64,000 nt of DNA from an uncultured Nitrososphaerota archaeon (GCA_963703285.1 OY969807.1:896001-960000), one strand, 5' to 3'. Counted from the first letter of the stretch, positions 38,591 through 48,869 are shown. Translations and numbers: made by a program. Notes: generated by a model not told the origin, from the letters alone.

Positions 38591-39510
38591 GGCACCAGGC
38601 CCCTGAGTATCCCTTCTCCCCCCATCTCGAGCATCTCTTCACCGAGCCTCCTCCCGAGCGACTCGACGTCCCCAGAGCCGGAGGAATGGAGAGCCTTCCT
38701 GATTAGCTGCCTGCCGTCGGGCGAAGCTATCACCCCCGTGATGGTAAGAGAATCGCCCTGGAGTCGGGCGCATGCCCCCACCGGCACGAAACAGTCTCCT
38801 CCGACGCTTTTCGTGAACGCTCTCTCGCAGGACGACTCCCGCCTCGCGGCGACATCGTCGATCCTGCCGACTATCTTCGAGGTCTCGGAATCGTCCCTCC
38901 TGACCTCCACCGCCAGTGCCGCCTGTCCAGCGGCTGGGATCATCTCGTCCAGGGAGAGAAGCTGGGTTATCCTGCCGGCCTCTGATATCCGCTCCAGCCC
39001 GGCGGCAGCGAGCACGATCGCGCCGAGGCCGAGCTGGCGCATCTTACCCAGCCGCGTCTCGACGTTCCCGTGAAGGTCGACGACGGCGAGGTCCCGCCTT
39101 AGGTTGAGAATCTGGGCCCTCCGTCTGAGGCTGCTCGTGCCGACCTTCGCGCCTTCGGGGAGCTCCCGAAGCGCCTCCCCGTTCAGAGAGACAAGCGCGT
39201 CCCGCGGGTCACCCCTCGGGGGCGTGGCTCCTATCCCCAGGCCGTCCCTGAGTTCGACGGAAAGGTCCTTCATGCTGTGGACCGCGGCGTCAACCTCCCC
39301 CTCCAGCAGCAGAGTTTCGATGTCGCCCGTGAAGGCCGTCTTGCCGTCGATCGCTCCCCGCTTCTCGGGCGGCAGCCTGTCGCCGGCCGTCTTTATGGGG
39401 ACCACCTGGACCTCCAGCCCTGGGACGCGGCTCGTGAGCATGTCGACCACAAGCTGGGTCTGTGCTCTAGAGAGCCTGCTCCCCCGGGCGCCGACCCTCA
39501 GGCGGGGCAA
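38587..39510 (-). CDS. hemC: Hydroxymethylbilane synthase
   Basis: RGSRLS.AQ, VHSMKD, GTSSLRR, GNVETRL, GDCFVP. Confidence 0.95.
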   Translation of the reverse strand: MPRLRVGARGSRLSRAQTQLVVDMLTSRVPGLEVQVVPIKTAGDRLPPEKRGAIDGKTAFTGDIETLLLEGEVDAAVHSMKDLSVELRDGLGIGATPPRGDPRDALVSLNGEALRELPEGAKVGTSSLRRRAQILNLRRDLAVVDLHGNVETRLGKMRQLGLGAIVLAAAGLERISEAGRITQLLSLDEMIPAAGQAALAVEVRRDDSETSKIVGRIDDVAARRESSCERAFTKSVGGDCFVPVGACARLQGDSLTITGVIASPDGRQLIRKALHSSGSGDVESLGRRLGEEMLEMGGEGILRGLVP

Positions 39511-39511
39511 T

Positions 39512-40786
39512 TCAATCGGCCTCTGGATGAAAGACGCTTTCGAGAAGTCGCAGCTTCTCTGCCTGGGCTATCCCACGGCCATCCTGTTTTGCGAAGGCCG
39601 CTTCGGGCGCCAGGAGCTTGCCGACCAGGCTCCTGCTCATCGCTTCTATGACCCGACGGTCGTCCTCAGGGAGGTCGGGGAGCACCCTCAGCACCTCCTC
39701 CGTCTCCTTCTTGCGGATATCCTCGGCCCACCTGTATATCTCCGAGAGAATCGGGGACAACCTACTTGCGACGAGGCGCTGGGTAAACCTCTCGGCTTCT
39801 TTTTGGACCTCCGACTCGATCGCCGCTAAATCCTTCCCGGAGGGGACCGACCGTGCGTAGGTCGCCAGGTCATCCAAATCGTAGAGCCTGATGGAACGCG
39901 ACCTCTTGAACGCCGGGTCTATGTTCCGTGGGAAGGCGAGGTCCATCAGTACCAGTCTCCTTCCGGAGGGGAGGTCTCCCTTCTTCAGGACGTAGCCGGG
40001 ATGATTTGTGGCCGAGATTACGAGATCGCCCTCCCAGTTGAGGCCCCCCAGCTGCTCGGGGGAGATCACGGCGGCACCGGGGAAGAATTCGGCCGCGTCG
40101 TTGCGGCTCGAGACGAGAAGTATCTCCGCACCGCTGAGCCTTGACGCAGCGAGCTTCGCCGTCTTTCCTGTCCCTATGAGCATTATCTTCTTCGGGCGAC
40201 TCCCGAGCTTCTTGATTGCGAACTCGAGCGCCAGGGCGCTCACGGAGGTGTTCGATTGGCCATCCTGGAGGGATTGTCTCAGGCGCCGGCCCACGTGGGA
40301 AGCGGAAGCGAAGAGCGAGGAGAGGATGGGCCCGGTCGTGCCTGCCTCACCAGCCTTGGCGGCCGCGTCCCTGACCTGCTGGAGTATCTGGTCCTCGCCG
40401 ACAACCAGGGAATCAAGGCCGACCGCCACTCTGAAGAGATGCGCGACCGCTTCGGTTCCGACCGCTGTGAAGAGGCTATCTCGTTTTCGGTCCGCGACCG
40501 GCATCATGGCAAGGACGGAAGTTGCGGCCCTTTCCGGGTCGTCGGTAGCCACGTAGAGTTCTATACGGTTGCATGTGACGACCAGGCACTTCTCTAGAAT
40601 GTGCGACGGGCCGTCGTCGAACGAGGGCTCGCTCGCCTTCACGAACGTCTCGAGGACGCGTTCCCTGAATTGTATCGACGATGTCCTATAAGACGCGCCC
40701 ATCAGGACAACGGAGGACGGACGCGCATGTCCCGACTCGGAGGCAGCGGGGCGCCGCCGATGGACGGAAAGAGTCGAGTTCCCCAT
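39512..40786 (-). CDS. hemA: Glutamyl-tRNA reductase
   Basis: TCNRIELY, GLDSLVVGEDQILQQV, DLAFPRNID. Confidence 0.92.
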   Translation of the reverse strand: MGNSTLSVHRRRPAASESGHARPSSVVLMGASYRTSSIQFRERVLETFVKASEPSFDDGPSHILEKCLVVTCNRIELYVATDDPERAATSVLAMMPVADRKRDSLFTAVGTEAVAHLFRVAVGLDSLVVGEDQILQQVRDAAAKAGEAGTTGPILSSLFASASHVGRRLRQSLQDGQSNTSVSALALEFAIKKLGSRPKKIMLIGTGKTAKLAASRLSGAEILLVSSRNDAAEFFPGAAVISPEQLGGLNWEGDLVISATNHPGYVLKKGDLPSGRRLVLMDLAFPRNIDPAFKRSRSIRLYDLDDLATYARSVPSGKDLAAIESEVQKEAERFTQRLVASRLSPILSEIYRWAEDIRKKETEEVLRVLPDLPEDDRRVIEAMSRSLVGKLLAPEAAFAKQDGRGIAQAEKLRLLESVFHPEAD

Positions 40787-40911
40787 CGCGCATCCCGCAA
40801 ACCGGTTCCTGGATTGTTTATTTAACGTTTGTTAGGTTCGCTACAATCGCGCACGGTGAAATCCAAACGCTTATTGAACGCTCGCTAAATGCCCTGCCGC
40901 AGGCAGTGGAG

Positions 40912-42414
40912 ATGTCACCAGGCGCATCCTCCCCCGGCAGCGCGCCGACCGACGTGGTCGCGGTAGTCGGGGGCGGAATCTCGGGGCTCGCGACGGCGTA
41001 TTTCCTGCAAGAAGAAGCAACGAGGCTCGGGGTTCCGATCTCCATCGTCATCGTCGAAGGTGGTGAGAGGCTCGGCGGGAGGATCCTCAGCGAGAGGGTG
41101 GATGGCTTCGTGGTGGAGGCGGGACCCGATTCGTTCCTGACTTTGAAACCCGAGGCGGTGGACCTATGCCAGCGCCTCGGCCTGGGCGACTCCCTGGTGG
41201 GGACGGACCCCGCGCGATCGAAGGTGTATGTCATGTGCGGGGGAAAGCTGCGGAGGCTCCCCGACGGTCTCACGTCCGTGGTCCCAAGAAAGCTAACACC
41301 GTTTCTCTCGACGGACCTTCTTACGCCTCGGGGCAAGGCCAGGATGCTGCTGGATCTCGTCCTCCCGAGGAGGGGCGATTCTGGCGATGAGTCGCTGGCC
41401 GATTTCGTCGAGAGGCGATTCGGGCGAGAGGCCCTTGAGAGGATCGCCGAACCTCTCATGGCGGGCATATACGCGGGCAACTCATCGAAGCTGAGCATGG
41501 CCACGAACTTCCCCCAGCTAGTGCAGCTGGAGCAGGGCCACAGGAGCCTCATCCTCGGCGCCCTCTCGAGCGGACGGAAGGCTCGGCCCCAGGGGACCGG
41601 TCAGGGTCCCAGGCCGACATTCATGGCGCTCCGCGGCGGCCTGGAACTGATGGTCGAGGCGCTCACATCGCGGCTCGGGGAGACGAGAATCCTGACCGGA
41701 AGCAGGGCCGTAGGTCTAAGGATGGCCGAGGACGGCTACGAGCTCGGTCTGGATGACGGGAGGGTCGTCCGCGCCCAATCGGTCGTGCTCGCTACCCCAT
41801 CCTACGAGTCGGCCAGAATCCTGAAGCAGCTGAACCCGGCGGCCGCTTCCACACTTGAGAGCATACCGTATGTCTCCTCCGCGACGGTGTCCCTGGCCTA
41901 TGACGCGTCAAGCTTTCCCCATCCGCTGGACGGGACGGGGTTCGTGGTGGCGCCTTCGGAGGGGAGGAAGATAACCGCCTGCACGTGGGTCTCGTCAAAG
42001 TGGCCTCCGCACTCGCCCCCGGGTCGCGTGCTGCTGAGATGCTTCCTCGGAAGGGCCGACCACGAGGAGGTTCTTCTGTGTCGGGACGCCGAGCTGTGCG
42101 AGATAGCCCGGGACGAGCTGCGTTCGATACTGGGGGTAACCGAGAAGCCGGTCCTCGAGCGGGTGTACCGCTGCGATAGGTCGCTGCCGCAGTACAACCT
42201 GGGGCACTCTGACAGGCTCTTCGACCTGAAGGAGGAGATGGCCAGCCTGCCAGGGGTCTTCCTCACGGGAGCGGCGTACAGAGGGGTCGGTCTCCCTGAC
42301 TGCATCAAGCAAGGCGCACTGACTGCGGCGGGGGTCGTGGCCATGTTCGCCTCGAGACGCAAGGGTGCGGGCGAGCTGCCCGGCATCAGGAAGAGCCTTG
42401 CCCAGACGACGTAG
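40912..42414 (+). CDS. hemY: HemY-type (copro/proto)porphyrinogen oxidase
   Basis: GGGISGL, EAGPDSFL, EPLMAGIYAG, PQYNLGH, GVGLPDCI; start placed at ATG 40912. Confidence 0.92.
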   Translation: MSPGASSPGSAPTDVVAVVGGGISGLATAYFLQEEATRLGVPISIVIVEGGERLGGRILSERVDGFVVEAGPDSFLTLKPEAVDLCQRLGLGDSLVGTDPARSKVYVMCGGKLRRLPDGLTSVVPRKLTPFLSTDLLTPRGKARMLLDLVLPRRGDSGDESLADFVERRFGREALERIAEPLMAGIYAGNSSKLSMATNFPQLVQLEQGHRSLILGALSSGRKARPQGTGQGPRPTFMALRGGLELMVEALTSRLGETRILTGSRAVGLRMAEDGYELGLDDGRVVRAQSVVLATPSYESARILKQLNPAAASTLESIPYVSSATVSLAYDASSFPHPLDGTGFVVAPSEGRKITACTWVSSKWPPHSPPGRVLLRCFLGRADHEEVLLCRDAELCEIARDELRSILGVTEKPVLERVYRCDRSLPQYNLGHSDRLFDLKEEMASLPGVFLTGAAYRGVGLPDCIKQGALTAAGVVAMFASRRKGAGELPGIRKSLAQTT

Positions 42415-42444
42415 CGCCCGATGGATGCCCTCCGCGAGGACCGG

Positions 42445-43722
42445 CTACTCCGACTTGGGCGTCACTGCCACGGGGTAGTGATGGACCGGCGGGGGCGGCG
42501 AAAGCGAGGGGAAGAGGGCTATCCCATACTCTTCGTAGGCGTCTCTCCTCCACTTGCCCGTGTAGATGTCATAGGTCTTGACCGAGATCTGGTTTGCTCC
42601 GGTATCGAAGGTCAGTATCGTGACCGTGGCTCCGCCGACCCTGTCTGAATCGAGGGTCGTGTCATCCGAATCGTCCGCGCCCCGGCCGGTGAGCGAATCG
42701 GGCATGTCCCTGCAATCCTGGCGGTCGAACATCAGCATGTTGCGATTCCATATCGGGTTGGGTGTGTTGAAGCCTTCGTCGGTGGCAAAGTGTCCGTTGA
42801 GTGTGAGGAACACGTTGGACGAGTGCGCGTTGAGGATGTTCGTCAGGCCGTTGACAAAATCGGCCAGGGTTGACCCCCACCTCGGGTCGTCGATGCTCCC
42901 CCATGCGTCTATGTACGCGTGGGGCGCGACTATGACCTTGTGGCGGGCGTAGGCAGGGTCGCTCAGGATGCTCTCAGCCCACGCGAGCACAGTATCGTCT
43001 CCATTCCACTCGAGGTTGATCACGAGGAAGTCGAGGCCGTTCGCTGAGAAGGTCATCGCGGTGTTCATGCCGTCGTGGTGGTCGCCCACCCAGTGGGTGT
43101 AGCCCAATGAGTTGATCACAGGCGCGACCGTCGGCGGATCGAAGGACTCCGTCCAGAGGTTCCCGCTCCAGCCGGAAGTCGGGTCTCCGCCGACGAAGTC
43201 GTCGTGGTTCCCGGCGCACCAGCTGTAAGGGATTTTGTTGCTCGTGAGTATCGACATGGCCTCGTCAGCGTTCTGCCACTCCAATCGGGTGGCGCCTGTC
43301 TCGACGACGTCGCCCGTGTGTATCACCAGCTTGCCGCTGTAAGCGGTCCAATTGTCCACTATCCAGCTGGTCAGCATCCTGTAGAGCGCCGGGTTCGACT
43401 CCGAGAGAAACTGCGTGTCGGTAATCCAGAATATGGAGAAACTGCCAGCCGGCACGAGGGGGGTCGACGAGACCGTCCCGCCCGAGGGAGAACCCTGAGT
43501 GGTCGACTGGGCGGTCGTCAGGGAGGTCGACTGTGAGACGCCCGTGTTGGCGGTTGCTGAAGCAGTCGTGGTGACGGCGGACGCGGCTCCGCCAGGCTTC
43601 AGGAACGTGTCCGCCGCGTAGGCCAGGCCTGCCCCTACTGCGGCGACGGCGATTGCGGCGCCGGCCACCTTGACGAATCGTCTTCTCGGGATCTTCTCTC
43701 CGCCGCTCTCCGGTCGCGACAT
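42445..43722 (-). CDS. Tat-exported calcineurin-like metallophosphoesterase
   Basis: PRRRFVK signal; DTQ, HTGD, GNHD, H, GH motifs. Confidence 0.85.
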   Translation of the reverse strand: MSRPESGGEKIPRRRFVKVAGAAIAVAAVGAGLAYAADTFLKPGGAASAVTTTASATANTGVSQSTSLTTAQSTTQGSPSGGTVSSTPLVPAGSFSIFWITDTQFLSESNPALYRMLTSWIVDNWTAYSGKLVIHTGDVVETGATRLEWQNADEAMSILTSNKIPYSWCAGNHDDFVGGDPTSGWSGNLWTESFDPPTVAPVINSLGYTHWVGDHHDGMNTAMTFSANGLDFLVINLEWNGDDTVLAWAESILSDPAYARHKVIVAPHAYIDAWGSIDDPRWGSTLADFVNGLTNILNAHSSNVFLTLNGHFATDEGFNTPNPIWNRNMLMFDRQDCRDMPDSLTGRGADDSDDTTLDSDRVGGATVTILTFDTGANQISVKTYDIYTGKWRRDAYEEYGIALFPSLSPPPPVHHYPVAVTPKSE

Positions 43723-43935
43723 GGTGACAACCGGTAAGAGGGCCAGCCTATTACACGTAATAAAGCTAACGACGTTAACTGTAACATTAACTCCGAATAG
43801 TGCATTAAACCGCTACCCCAATCAGTTGGGGACCCCTCGAAACCGAGCGCCCGAGCGAAAAACATTAGGGGCCCGAATAGATTCGGGTAATTAGAGATAT
43901 ATTCGGCTCGCAATGCTCCCGTCAAGTGGTCTAGG

Positions 43936-44451
43936 TTGGATTTCTCAAGAGATGTGACTAGCGCCAGGAAGCGCGCAATAAGTGGGACCTCAATCGCCGG
44001 TGTGGTCCTCCTCGTAGTGGTCCTTGTGGTCGGGGCGGCTTACCTCTTTGCGAACCCCCCGGCGTCTGGAGCGACGGCTTCGTCAGGTCAGTACACCTTC
44101 ACAAACTACGGCCAAGTGACTTCGCCATCGACGGCTAGCACTTCAGCAGCGCCCACCTCTCCGACGATCACTGACGTGTACATACCCAACGACAATGGAT
44201 ACCCGTTCGCCCCGTTCCAGCCCCAGGTCGTAACTGTGGTCATAGGCGTCAACAACACGGTGGAATGGATCAACCAGGACGTTCTGGTCCACGACGTCAT
44301 CTCCAACGGCGGCTTCTTCGCCTCAGGGGATCTGACTCCGTTGACGGGGACCTACCAATTCACCTTCACACAGGCCGGGACCTACCCATACTACTGCTCT
44401 TACCATCCCAGCCACACGGGCGTGGTAGTTGTCCTGAACGCGGCCAGCTAA
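43936..44451 (+). CDS. Membrane-anchored cupredoxin (plastocyanin/azurin-like)
   Basis: NNTVEWINQD..HDV; YYCSYHPSH; class III-like signal RKRA-ISG. Confidence 0.85.
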   Translation: MDFSRDVTSARKRAISGTSIAGVVLLVVVLVVGAAYLFANPPASGATASSGQYTFTNYGQVTSPSTASTSAAPTSPTITDVYIPNDNGYPFAPFQPQVVTVVIGVNNTVEWINQDVLVHDVISNGGFFASGDLTPLTGTYQFTFTQAGTYPYYCSYHPSHTGVVVVLNAAS

Positions 44452-44606
44452 AACCCCAGGTCGACGCTTCGCGGGCGGTCACAGGCCACCCATGTTGGGA
44501 GAATGACACCGCCTAGCGGAGCTGAGGGAACGGCAGGAGTGGGCAGAAGCAGGGACCCGCATGGCGGATGCTGGCTCCTCCGTCTGCCGAAAACGTTGGA
44601 GAACCT

Positions 44607-44858
44607 TCAGGCGCTGCTTGCCTTAGCCTTGTAAGCCTGGGCGCACTCCCTGGCGTGGAAGGTCATCTCCTTCTTTCCTATCGTCTCCACGTAGGGCTCG
44701 TAGACTATGGCGCCGCCGCAATAACCGCATTTCCGCGCCTTGAAGGCCACGGCGCACTGCTTGGCATGGAACTTGTACTTCTTTCCTCCGATGGTCTCTG
44801 TATACGGTTCGTATGCTATGATGCCACCACAGAAACTGCACTTCGGCTCTTTTGCCAT
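44607..44858 (-). CDS. Tandem TRASH/YHS-like metal-binding protein
   Basis: Two ~36-aa repeats KCxxCGGxIxYEPYxETIG...FHAxxCA. Confidence 0.8.
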   Translation of the reverse strand: MAKEPKCSFCGGIIAYEPYTETIGGKKYKFHAKQCAVAFKARKCGYCGGAIVYEPYVETIGKKEMTFHARECAQAYKAKASSA

Positions 44859-45028
44859 TGCGTATCGCGTCACCGGCACCACAGGTTCGAGCATATAAGG
44901 ATGAACGAGCTCCTTGAGCCCCAAAGTCAGTCAGGGCATCAGTGAGCGAGCCCCGCCGTCCGCTGGCGCGCGCACGGTCTTATACCGGCGACGGCCTCTG
45001 CGAGGGGCTGTAGCCGCTCGGTGAGAAT

Positions 45029-45493
45029 ATGGAGGAGAATCGGAATCCGGAAAGCCATACGTGGTCGGTGCGTGTCCGCCGCGTTGATGACCTCGAGTCG
45101 CGGGCCTACGCAGGAAAGAACGCCTTCTCGGTAGGGAAGCAGGCGAGCTTCTCGGGAGAGGAGGCGCTCCCGACCGCGGTGGAGTATCTCCTGGGCGCCC
45201 TAGGAGCGGACATGCTCAGCGGCTTTCAGCGTCAGGCGGCCAAGCGCGGCATAGCCATCCAGGGGGCTGAGATGGTAGTTTCGGGTCGCCTGGACAATCC
45301 TCTGGTCTTTCTCGGAGTGATCGGCGCGGAGGGCAAGCCAAGTTTCGCTTCGATCACCGCGACCTTCTACGTGGGCGCCGACGCCGACGAGCCCGTGCTG
45401 GAGGAGGCGTGGCGCGCCACAATCGCCCTCTCTCCTCTGGCCAGCACGCTGGAACGCTGCATTCCGCTCAAGCTCAGCATGCAGTTGACGTGA
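45029..45493 (+). CDS. OsmC-fold protein lacking both redox cysteines
   Basis: PTAVEYLLGALGAD and SPLASTL where OsmC/Ohr have Cys. Confidence 0.75.
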   Translation: MEENRNPESHTWSVRVRRVDDLESRAYAGKNAFSVGKQASFSGEEALPTAVEYLLGALGADMLSGFQRQAAKRGIAIQGAEMVVSGRLDNPLVFLGVIGAEGKPSFASITATFYVGADADEPVLEEAWRATIALSPLASTLERCIPLKLSMQLT

Positions 45494-45662
45494 AAAACCC
45501 CCGGCCCAGCCCGTCGTGTTGCAACCACAAGCAGATGCGAAGACGCCCGCCGCGAATCTTTCGCCAATCTCGGACCGACCCTGCAAGAACTCGACTTCAG
45601 ATGGCACTTCTCTGCGCCTAGTGAGAGCTTTATAATAGGGTAAGCAGAATAGGTTACGTAAC

Positions 45663-46823
45663 ATGTCAGCATATCGATTGAATGCGAATCAGATGGCGGT
45701 GGTAGAGAAGGCGAGGAAGATCGCCGACGAGGACATCGCGCCGCACGCAGGGGAAGTGGACGCAGAGGGCCGCTTCCCCAAGGAGGGGATGGAGGCGCTA
45801 GGACGTGCAGGCTTCCTCGGTCTCAACATCCCGAAGGAGAAGGGGGGCATGGGCCAGGGCCTGCGCGTGGCGGCCGCGGTGCTTGACGAGATTGCCCAGA
45901 GGGACGCCTCCCTCGCAATGGTCTACAAGATGCACCTCTGCGGGTGCTCCGCTTATGTCGCATTTCCACAGGTCGGCGAGAAGTATTTCCCCCAGGTCGT
46001 CGCCGGAAAGCACCTCTCCACTCTTGCCTGGAGCGAGTATGGATCCCGCAGCCACTTCTGGGCGCCCGCAAGTCAGGCCGCCGAGAGGGACGGTCAAGTC
46101 GTGCTCAACGCTCAGAAGTCCTGGGTGACCTCGGCCGGCGTGGCCGACGGGTACATCGTCTCCACCCGCACGGCGGGAGGCACGGGAGCCACGGACACCA
46201 TGCTTTACCTGGTCCTGAAAGAAGACGGGGGGATGCGCGTCTCAGGCAAGTGGAACGGATTAGGGATGCGCGGAAACGCCAGCAACCCTATGGTACTGGA
46301 GAACTGCGCCATCCCGGCCGACCGGGCGCTCTGCAAGAAGAGCGAGGGGTTCCCTACCATGCTCGGGGTGGTCCTGCCCTGGTTCAACCTGGGAAACGAG
46401 GCGATATCGGTGGGTATAGCCGAGGCCGCCGTGGCTGCGACGACGACACACCTCACTGCGAGGCGGTTCTCGGACATGAACAACGCGCCCCTGTCAGACC
46501 TGCCCACCCTGCGGGCGAGGCTGGCGCAGATGCGAATATTCACAGACACCGCGCGGGCCCATCTCGTCTCTGTGATCGACTCCGTCGAGCAACCCGGCCC
46601 CCAGACGACGCTGTTGGTCCTCGAGTCCAAGGCCGTCGGCGCTGATGCAGCCCTCAACGTTACAGACTTGGCCATGAAGGCCTGTGGCGGCGCGGCCTTC
46701 AGCAAGCAACTCACCCTCGACCGAAACTTTCGTGACGCAAGGGCAGGGTACGTGATGGGCCCAACCTCGGACGTCCTGCAGGAGTTCATAGGCAGGGCAC
46801 TCACGGGGATGCAGCTGTTCTAG
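45663..46823 (+). CDS. Acyl-CoA dehydrogenase-fold flavoprotein
   Basis: LAWSEYGSRS, KSWVTS, GLGMRGNAS, CGGAAF, RNFRDARA. Confidence 0.9.
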   Translation: MSAYRLNANQMAVVEKARKIADEDIAPHAGEVDAEGRFPKEGMEALGRAGFLGLNIPKEKGGMGQGLRVAAAVLDEIAQRDASLAMVYKMHLCGCSAYVAFPQVGEKYFPQVVAGKHLSTLAWSEYGSRSHFWAPASQAAERDGQVVLNAQKSWVTSAGVADGYIVSTRTAGGTGATDTMLYLVLKEDGGMRVSGKWNGLGMRGNASNPMVLENCAIPADRALCKKSEGFPTMLGVVLPWFNLGNEAISVGIAEAAVAATTTHLTARRFSDMNNAPLSDLPTLRARLAQMRIFTDTARAHLVSVIDSVEQPGPQTTLLVLESKAVGADAALNVTDLAMKACGGAAFSKQLTLDRNFRDARAGYVMGPTSDVLQEFIGRALTGMQLF

Positions 46824-46840
46824 GCCGGACGGCGACGCCG

Positions 46841-47668
46841 ATGAGCGCGCGAACCCGCGTGGGGGCGGTGGTCTACGACCCCAGGGTCGTGACCATATGG
46901 GACATCGTCAAGGGCTTCTTCGCCTCCCGGGGGTACGCGATGGACTGCGAGTTCTACGACACCTACGAGCTGATGACGGACGCCCTGCTGAATGGCAGCA
47001 TACAGATAGCATGGAACTCGCCCCTGGCTTGGGTGGACGTGGTCAGACGGACTCACGGTGGCTGTAGGGCCATCGCGATGCGCGATACTGACAGGGACAG
47101 GAGGACGTACTTCGTCGCACTGAGAAGTAGCGGCATGGAGAGGGTTGAGGACATTCGGGGGAAGGTCCTGGCGACCGGAGCGCGGGATTCACCGCAGTCC
47201 TACCTGATACCGCTACATCAGCTGTCGCAGCGGGGCCTCGTGGCGGACCGCGACTTCAAGGTTCGCCGCTTCGACCTGCTGGTGGGGAAGCACGGCGACC
47301 ACGTCGGTGGGGAGCTGGAGGCTCTGCGAAGCGTCCAGCGAGGCGAGAGCGACGCCTGTGCGGTCCTCGACCTCAACTGGGCACGGTGGCAGTCGGACGG
47401 GACGGCTGACCCTTCCGCCCTGGTCCCGTTGGGCACGACCGACCCCTTCGACCACTGCAACTTCAGCGTCCTATCGGCCTTCCCCGCCCACGAGGAATCG
47501 GGGTGGACGAAGACGCTGTTCTCAATGAGATATGACGTGCCTTCACACCGCGAGATGATGGACCTCGAAGGGCTGAAGGCCTGGCTCCCTGGCCGGACCT
47601 CCGGCTACTCCGCGCTTAGCGGCGCCGTCGAGGAACAGAATTTCTTCGGGGATAGCCTAGGTCGATGA
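46841..47668 (+). CDS. PhnD-like substrate-binding-fold protein with no signal peptide
   Basis: IAWNSPLAWV, DSPQSYLIP, GKHGDHVGGE; N-terminus not hydrophobic. Confidence 0.75.
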   Translation: MSARTRVGAVVYDPRVVTIWDIVKGFFASRGYAMDCEFYDTYELMTDALLNGSIQIAWNSPLAWVDVVRRTHGGCRAIAMRDTDRDRRTYFVALRSSGMERVEDIRGKVLATGARDSPQSYLIPLHQLSQRGLVADRDFKVRRFDLLVGKHGDHVGGELEALRSVQRGESDACAVLDLNWARWQSDGTADPSALVPLGTTDPFDHCNFSVLSAFPAHEESGWTKTLFSMRYDVPSHREMMDLEGLKAWLPGRTSGYSALSGAVEEQNFFGDSLGR

Positions 47669-48825
47669 CCAGGGACCGCCTCTTCCCCGTGACGGTGGTG
47701 GGCAGCTGGCCCCGTACCCCCCGAGTCCTGCAGGCGCTGCGGCGGAGGCAGATGGGAGCAATCCCGGAAGAGGCTTTCGACCTGGTGGCCGACGAGGCCG
47801 TGCTCGAAGCCCTCGAGTCGCAGGAGGCGGCGGGTATCGACATTGTCACGGACGGGGAGCAAAGGCGGGACAACTTCTATTCGTTCGTGGCGGGGAAGCT
47901 GGACGGCGTGAGGCTGATGACGCTCGCAGAGATGCTCGAGGTGGTCGAGGACAAGGCCGCCTTCGAGCGAATCCTACAGACTCTCGACGTCCCCGCCTTT
48001 ACGATGAGCACGGCGACGTGCGTCGGCGCGATAAAGCGGCGTCGGGCTCTCGCCCTCGAGGAATACAGGTTCCTTCGGAAGCACACGTCTCGTCAGATCA
48101 AGGTAACATTGCCCGGGCCGTACCTCCTGACACGGTCCATGTGGGTGAAGGAGCTCTCCCCGGGGGCATACGACTCGAAGGAGGATCTAGGGGAGGACGT
48201 CGTTCGCATCCTCAGGGAGGAGGTCTTCGCGCTCAGAGACGCAGGAGTGGACTTCATCCAGTTCGACGAGCCGGTCCTGACCGAACTCGTCTTCACGCAG
48301 GGTCAGACGCGCACATTCATGTGCGCGGCCCTCGCGGCCCGCCACGACCCCGCGGAGGAGCTCGAGTTTGCGACACGCCTCATGAATCGGGTCGTCGAGG
48401 GGCTCGACGGGGTGCGGGTCGGAATCCACATCTGCCGGGGGAACTGGAGCCGGAACGAGGACGTCCTCCTGAAGGGGTCTTATGCTCCACTCGTTCCCTA
48501 TCTCAAACGAATGAACGTGCGGCAATTCGTCCTCGAGTTCGCAACTCCGAGGGCGGGGGGGCTGGAGTCCGTCGCAGAGGTGCTCGAGGGAAGGGAGCTC
48601 GGGCTGGGAGTGGTCAACCCGCGCACACAGAACGTGGAATCGCCGGAGGAGATTGTTCAGAGGGCGCGGGAGGCCCTACGCTACGTGCCGGAGGAGCGGC
48701 TGTTCCTCAACCCCGACTGCGGGTTCGGGACCTTCTCGCGCAGGTCCCTCAACACCCCGGAGGTCGCAACCAAGAAGCTCGCGGCCATCGTGCTGGCGGC
48801 CGAGATGCTCAGGGCTGGGGCGTGA
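47665..48825 (+). CDS. Core (single-barrel) cobalamin-independent methionine synthase-like Zn thiol-alkyltransferase
   Basis: VVGSWPR, TDGEQRR, QFDEP, HICRGN, E, NPDCGF. Confidence 0.88.
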   Translation: MTRDRLFPVTVVGSWPRTPRVLQALRRRQMGAIPEEAFDLVADEAVLEALESQEAAGIDIVTDGEQRRDNFYSFVAGKLDGVRLMTLAEMLEVVEDKAAFERILQTLDVPAFTMSTATCVGAIKRRRALALEEYRFLRKHTSRQIKVTLPGPYLLTRSMWVKELSPGAYDSKEDLGEDVVRILREEVFALRDAGVDFIQFDEPVLTELVFTQGQTRTFMCAALAARHDPAEELEFATRLMNRVVEGLDGVRVGIHICRGNWSRNEDVLLKGSYAPLVPYLKRMNVRQFVLEFATPRAGGLESVAEVLEGRELGLGVVNPRTQNVESPEEIVQRAREALRYVPEERLFLNPDCGFGTFSRRSLNTPEVATKKLAAIVLAAEMLRAGA

Positions 48826-48869
48826 AGGTCCGAGCCGAATCGAGATTCGAAAACTGGTCTGGAGCGGAG

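Noticed and set aside
40681-40911. N-terminal extension of the HemY ORF
   Set aside because: It overlaps the hemA start and the divergent promoter; the FAD-binding motif begins shortly after ATG 40912.
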